60,964 nt of DNA from Lentisphaerales bacterium (GTDB lineage: Bacteria > Verrucomicrobiota > Kiritimatiellia > JAUXFM01). Below are positions 56,424 through 60,964 of the stretch, one piece after another (position 1 is the first letter of the stretch; the number at the start of each line of letters is the position of its first letter). The translations under genes and the position numbers were made by a program. The DNA is taken from the NCBI GenBank assembly GCA_030622955.1, contig JAUXFM010000002.1, positions 1-60,964 on the forward strand, written 5' to 3'. Below the pieces are notes generated by a model, which had not been told where the DNA came from, searched no databases, and was given only the letters and a program-made list of their open reading frames with translations.

Positions 56424-58580
56424 TCAATTTTCTTTCCCTCTTCCCCTGGTCCGCCTGCGTGCATACCATGCTTCCGCTGTCAGGCCCAGGAGACCCAGAA
56501 GGAGGAACATTCGCCACAACTCCCGCCCAACTCGAGCTTCGGTAATCGCCGCAAGGATTCCATCCTTGTTTGCAATCATCTTGACCGGGATGTTTTCAAA
56601 CACTTTCTTGAACGCACCTCTGTCCAATCCTGTCAGATCGGATTCCGCGGTGTTCACGTTCGCTGCCATGCTGACCCCTGGTGATGTGGGACTGTATCTC
56701 ACCTTGTAGAAGCCGGCCTTTTCGAGATTCTTCAGCTCGGCAACAACCTGGCCCTGTCGCTCGCTTGCCTTGACCGGGGGCATCGGTTTGCCATCAGGAT
56801 CTTCAACTGAGACTTCGCCGCCGATAAGCTGACCCGTCAGAGGAAGAATAACCGGTTCGCCCACTGCCAGCGGCACCTCGTAGTCGCGCCTTGTCAGGTG
56901 CGTTATGGATTGCTGGACCAATATCGGGTACATCGGATTAATAACCATGTTGTTCCATTGACGGTTTGCCGACGTTGTGAAGAGCAGCACTTTACCACGA
57001 CCCAGGTTCTGTTCAAGCAACACCGGATATCCCTTACCTGCGACCGACAGTATGGTGCGGCCTTTCGGACTGGGCTCAGTCTCAACGACGTTCTCGAAGA
57101 ATACTTCGCCAAGTAGATCGGGCGGCAGCGAACTCAATGCCCTTGCGAGTGGATGATCAGGCATCTCGGGATCCAGATGCATGGGTGCGGTATCTTCACC
57201 CAGCAGCCGCGTTGTTACGCCCAAAAGCTTTCCAGGCAACAAGCTTGAACGACCACGACTCATACGCTCGTTCATCAGATCCGGATCCGTATTCTCACCG
57301 AGAAACATAACCAGGCCGCCACCATCCTGAACAAAATCGTAGAATCCCGACGCCATTTCCCTGGTGATTTCCGGCACATTAGCAAGGAACACTACATCAT
57401 AATCCGAAAGTTGTTCTGAAGGCAGGCCAAGCCATGGGATGACCTTCAAATTTATGCCTGCGGCTACGTCACCGCTTGTTCTCGCCTGGATCGCACGTAC
57501 CAGGTAATCGGTCGCGCCCTTGAAAGCCTCTATTGAAGGAGAGCCATCTACACAGAGCACCGACGTGCTTTCCCTGACATCCGCCACAACGTGCTTCTCG
57601 TTATCGATCAACAGTTCGTCATGATCCAACTTAGCCGTAAGACGCATAATCCCCGCTTCGTTGAGTGGCGCAAAAAGCGGAACCGTAACGCTGGCGCCGG
57701 CTGGTATCGTATCGATCAAGCGCTCATCAACAGGTGTTGCGTTCACTTCAAGCGAGATCCTGACACCCTTGCGATCGGAACGACCGAAGTTATGAACCGT
57801 CGCAGCATAGCGAACGATTGAACCGCGTCGTAGACTACCGGAGACCAATTCAAATCGCGTCAGGCCCAAATTCTCACTGTTCCCATTGCGGATGGGAACG
57901 AGGAAGATCTTCGCCAGATCCGAAAGATCGTGGAATTCCTGGCCTGTGGCGTCGGTAATGTACTGCCAGTCTTTTGCCTGCGCGTCTGTTATAATGTAAA
58001 GCTCACGACCGGGACTCTTCAATTCTTCACAAAGCTGCTTGAGCTCGCCGATACATGCTTCAACATTCAAACCTTCCGACAATGGCTCGAGATCACCAAG
58101 TATTTTCTCAACGCGTGCTTCATTGTAACCGGCGTTGCGGAGAAGCGTCCTGTTGCGGTTACCCATAAGGACCAGGGAAAGAGGCTGGCCCGGTTTCAGC
58201 GACTTAATGATCTGCCTGGTCGCCATAAGTGCTTCATCAAAACGGGAATTTGCGCCTGGCTTGTGCAGTTGACTGTATGAAGCGTCGAGGGCAATAACCA
58301 CGCCTGCAGTCTTCTCCCCAAGCGCCCATCCCCCGCTTTCGGGCATGAGCGTTGGTCGTGAAAGAGCCAGGACAATGAACAAAATGATCATACATCTCAG
58401 AATCATCAGCAAAATATCGCGAAGCTTGATTTGTTTGGCGCGAACCCTGAACGCCCGGCGGAGCAGCAGCATCGCGCCCCAGTCGGTTGTCTTGACTCTG
58501 AGCCTGTTGAGCAGATGGATAAGGATCGGCAATCCAACCCCCAAAAGGCCGAATAGTAACCATGGGTTTAGAAAAGACAT
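56424..58580 (-). CDS. BatA-N (N-terminal double-TM) VWA protein with GATase1-like module
   Basis: MSFLNPWLLFGLLGVGLPILIHLLNR is the aerotolerance-regulator N-terminal motif. MIDAS DASYS. VLCVDGSP...YDVVFLANV...GGGLVMFLG. There is a C-terminal TM. Confidence 0.85.
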   Translation of the reverse strand: MSFLNPWLLFGLLGVGLPILIHLLNRLRVKTTDWGAMLLLRRAFRVRAKQIKLRDILLMILRCMIILFIVLALSRPTLMPESGGWALGEKTAGVVIALDASYSQLHKPGANSRFDEALMATRQIIKSLKPGQPLSLVLMGNRNRTLLRNAGYNEARVEKILGDLEPLSEGLNVEACIGELKQLCEELKSPGRELYIITDAQAKDWQYITDATGQEFHDLSDLAKIFLVPIRNGNSENLGLTRFELVSGSLRRGSIVRYAATVHNFGRSDRKGVRISLEVNATPVDERLIDTIPAGASVTVPLFAPLNEAGIMRLTAKLDHDELLIDNEKHVVADVRESTSVLCVDGSPSIEAFKGATDYLVRAIQARTSGDVAAGINLKVIPWLGLPSEQLSDYDVVFLANVPEITREMASGFYDFVQDGGGLVMFLGENTDPDLMNERMSRGRSSLLPGKLLGVTTRLLGEDTAPMHLDPEMPDHPLARALSSLPPDLLGEVFFENVVETEPSPKGRTILSVAGKGYPVLLEQNLGRGKVLLFTTSANRQWNNMVINPMYPILVQQSITHLTRRDYEVPLAVGEPVILPLTGQLIGGEVSVEDPDGKPMPPVKASERQGQVVAELKNLEKAGFYKVRYSPTSPGVSMAANVNTAESDLTGLDRGAFKKVFENIPVKMIANKDGILAAITEARVGRELWRMFLLLGLLGLTAEAWYARRRTRGRGKEN

Positions 58581-58688
58581 TAAATCTCTCTCGTCTCGCT
58601 CTACGTCATTCTAGTTAACAAATCCTGAATCCGAATGTACCAATACTCTAAACTCGCCAAAATTCCTCGCCGGTCTCAGCCCTCATCC

Positions 58689-59612
58689 CTATCCCGACGT
58701 CCCCATCCCTTTTGCTCTCATCCTTCTACGGAGATATTCAATTATTACGACGTCAACCGGTCGCGAGATATCGACGAGCACATAGTCAACCTGGCATCTC
58801 TCGCAACCTGCCGAGATAGCTGCCTGAAACTTGCGGAGTTCTTCGAGATATGCGTCCCGTATCCTCTGCGGCTGAGTTGTCAGCGGTTCCTCGTTCTCCA
58901 ATCCCTTGAATTGCCAGGTCCCTTTGAATGGAAACTTCAGCTCGTAGGGATCCATGACATGAAAGACCGTGACGTTATGTCCTTCAAAGTGAAGATGATC
59001 CAGGCCCGAGATGAGATGTTCGACATCGTCAAAGCAATCTGAAAACAGCATCACCAGGCCGCGCCGTGGTATTCGATCTGCGAAATCGTGAAGCTGCTTG
59101 CCGATGTTTGAAAGCGGCTCATCTTTAGCACGCTTCATTTCCTCGTCCATAATGCCAATTACGCCCATCGTGCTTCTTGGCGGGATATACTTGCGAAGTT
59201 CCGCGTCGAAGAACCCCATACCGACCGAATCGCGCTGCTGCACTATAAGGTACGCCATCGAAGCAGCCAGGTACTTCGTGTATTCCACCTTACTGATGTC
59301 GCCCGAGCCATACCTCATTGATGAACTCGTATCTATGAGGAAATTCGCGTCGTAGTTCGTCTCCGCCTCGTAGAGCTTGATATAATAGCGCTCAGTGCGG
59401 CCGTATACCCGCCAGTCCAGGTGACGTACAGGATCCCCGGGTACATACTGCCTGTGATGCGCGAATTCCGTACTGAACCCACGCAACGGGCTCTTGTGCA
59501 CGCCCACTCTGACGCCTTCGACAATCGTCTGGGCGATTACTTCCAGGCCGCCCAGCTTCTGCAGGGTCGCAGGGTCAAAGTATTGCAGCTGGTTTGTTTC
59601 AGTTTGAGGCAT
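58689..59612 (-). CDS. DUF58 (VWA-like) protein
   Basis: [33 protein letters not shown] and FLIDTSSSM are the classic DUF58 layout. Its start overlaps the moxR end by 14 nt. Confidence 0.9.
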   Translation of the reverse strand: MPQTETNQLQYFDPATLQKLGGLEVIAQTIVEGVRVGVHKSPLRGFSTEFAHHRQYVPGDPVRHLDWRVYGRTERYYIKLYEAETNYDANFLIDTSSSMRYGSGDISKVEYTKYLAASMAYLIVQQRDSVGMGFFDAELRKYIPPRSTMGVIGIMDEEMKRAKDEPLSNIGKQLHDFADRIPRRGLVMLFSDCFDDVEHLISGLDHLHFEGHNVTVFHVMDPYELKFPFKGTWQFKGLENEEPLTTQPQRIRDAYLEELRKFQAAISAGCERCQVDYVLVDISRPVDVVIIEYLRRRMRAKGMGTSG

Positions 59613-60639
59613 TCTTCAGCTTTTCGTCCGACGGAATCGTTTCCATCAGTTTCGTGATGATCTTGTCCGAATCCAGCCCTTCCGATTTGGCCACAAAATT
59701 GGGAATAATTCTGTGGCGCAGGATAGGATGCGCTACCGCCTGAATATCTTCCAGTGCGACATGGAATCGACCGCGCAGAATGGCGCGCGCTTTACCTGCG
59801 AGAATCAGGTAGAGAGAAGCACGTGGTCCTGCACCCCAGCCCAACCACTTCTTAATGAAGTCCGGCGCCTCCGGCTGCGTTGGGCGTGTCGCCCTGACCA
59901 GTGCCGCGGCATAATCGAACATGTGATCCGCGACCGGGATCTTACGAACGAGTTTCTGGAGCTGAATGATGTCGTCGGCATGAAGCACTTCGTTCAGCAC
60001 AACCGTTTCCTGGCTCGTGACGCGTTTCATGATTTCGATTTCTTCATCAAGCGATGGATAGTCGACCAAGATATTGAAGAGGAACCGGTCAAGCTGCGCT
60101 TCGGGCAAAGGATAAGTACCTTCCTGTTCAATCGGATTCTGTGTGGCCAGCACGAAGAACGGCTCTTGCAGCGGGTAATCTTCACCACCAGAAGAAATTT
60201 GTCTTTCCTGCATGGCTTCCAGAAGAGCGGCTTGAGTTTTGGGCGGGGTACGATTAATTTCGTCTGCGAGCAACAGATTCGCAAAAACGGGGCCCTGCAG
60301 GAACTTAAATACACGCTGCCTGGTCTCAGGATCCTCCTGAAGCACCTCGGTTCCGGTAATGTCCGAAGGCATCAAATCCGGAGTGAACTGGATGCGCTTG
60401 AAAGAAAGCGAGAGCGCCTGCCCCAGCGAACTGATGAGCAAGGTTTTCGCGAGGCCCGGCACACCAACAAGAAGACAGTGACCCTGAGCAAAAATCGCGA
60501 TCATCATTTCATCAACGACATGGTCCATGCCGACGATGACTTTGCGAAGTTCTTTTACAATTTTGTCTCTTGCTTCCGACAGGCGCGCAACTGCCGCCTG
60601 ATCCGAACTACTGACATCGGCTTTTGTGTTGTCTGACAT
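59599..60639 (-). CDS. moxR: MoxR-family AAA+ ATPase
   Basis: Walker A GVPGLAKT, Walker [10 protein letters not shown], and [22 protein letters not shown]. An AGAGGAGA SD lies before ATG 60639. Confidence 0.93.
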   Translation of the reverse strand: MSDNTKADVSSSDQAAVARLSEARDKIVKELRKVIVGMDHVVDEMMIAIFAQGHCLLVGVPGLAKTLLISSLGQALSLSFKRIQFTPDLMPSDITGTEVLQEDPETRQRVFKFLQGPVFANLLLADEINRTPPKTQAALLEAMQERQISSGGEDYPLQEPFFVLATQNPIEQEGTYPLPEAQLDRFLFNILVDYPSLDEEIEIMKRVTSQETVVLNEVLHADDIIQLQKLVRKIPVADHMFDYAAALVRATRPTQPEAPDFIKKWLGWGAGPRASLYLILAGKARAILRGRFHVALEDIQAVAHPILRHRIIPNFVAKSEGLDSDKIITKLMETIPSDEKLKNASN

Positions 60640-60686
60640 TTCGCTATCTCCTCTTTGTTTCTATCATGCTCGCCGTTTATTTGAAG

Positions 60687-60721
60687 CGTGGATTCTATAG
60701 CATCCACGAGCAATACGTCAA
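60687..60721 (-). promoter_or_regulatory. candidate sigma70-like promoter (TTGACG-16 nt-TATAGA) with the -10 box centred in a 7-8-7 inverted repeat CGTGGAT-N8-ATCCACG
   Basis: Read directly on the minus strand: -35 at 60716-60721, -10 at 60694-60699, inverted repeat at 60687-60708, about 50-80 nt upstream of the moxR ATG. Function is not demonstrated. Confidence 0.3.
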
Positions 60722-60964
60722 ATAGTCATGCTCATTTATAATCGAATCAAAATGCCAATTCTTGCACTTGTGGATACTCACACTGCATACGAGGCTGCAT
60801 ATTGTTCGCTATTCACACCATGTGTTCCCCGAACAGCTCAGCAAGACAACAATCTTTTGTTTCGAATTTCAGCAATCCGGTAGCTGTAGAGCCTCTTGCA
60901 AAACTATCCGGCGAGTCAGTCCGCACCGGCATGATATCGTGACTATCGCATGATGTTGTGCAGA

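Overview
This is a gene-dense 60,964-bp chromosomal segment with about 40 genes. I recognised no rRNA, tRNA, CRISPR array, transposase or integrase. The gene content suggests a PVC-superphylum bacterium (Planctomycetota, Kiritimatiellota or Verrucomicrobiota-like). That is an inference from the leaderless sulfatase array, the BatA-N/DUF58/MoxR operon and the DUF1570-like proteins. The window falls into three blocks. (1) 1-10.4 kb holds housekeeping-type genes: a TIM-barrel isomerase, an ACT protein, a PEP/pyruvate-binding protein, glutamate dehydrogenase, a GH16-like lipoprotein, monomeric isocitrate dehydrogenase, and a lipoprotein gene that ends in an in-frame UGA followed by a hairpin and an open extension. 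(2) 10.4-36.5 kb is an accessory carbohydrate block. It holds a G-domain-less YchF paralogue, a DMT transporter, and four intact plus two decayed Cys-type sulfatases that all lack signal peptides. It also holds a beta-propeller glycosidase-like protein and a deoR / rhaB-like / fucI-like operon. Divergent from that operon is a second one encoding a PHP phosphoesterase, an atypical 547-aa MDR dehydrogenase, an SrlD-like SDR, E2, E3 and a fused E1-alpha-beta of a lipoamide/TPP dehydrogenase complex, followed by AraC. No aldolase is present, so this is a candidate non-canonical deoxyhexose route. (3) 36.6-60.7 kb is an envelope block. It holds a Cys-rich YkgJ-like plus Zn-ribbon/PAS pair and a DUF1570-like pair in which one member has HExxH and the other has lost it. 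It also holds a roughly 19-kb, 10-gene minus-strand operon that extends a MoxR-DUF58-VWA (Bat-like) core with five large membrane or exported proteins. These are a 3-TM beta-rich membrane protein, a coiled-coil giant, a terpene-cyclase-fold protein with DQDS in place of DxDD, and two giant paralogues carrying four Cys-less thioredoxin-like modules. That operon and the E1/E2/E3 sugar locus are my top candidates for undescribed biology. All domain calls are by-eye motif recognition from the translated ORFs. No database search was run.
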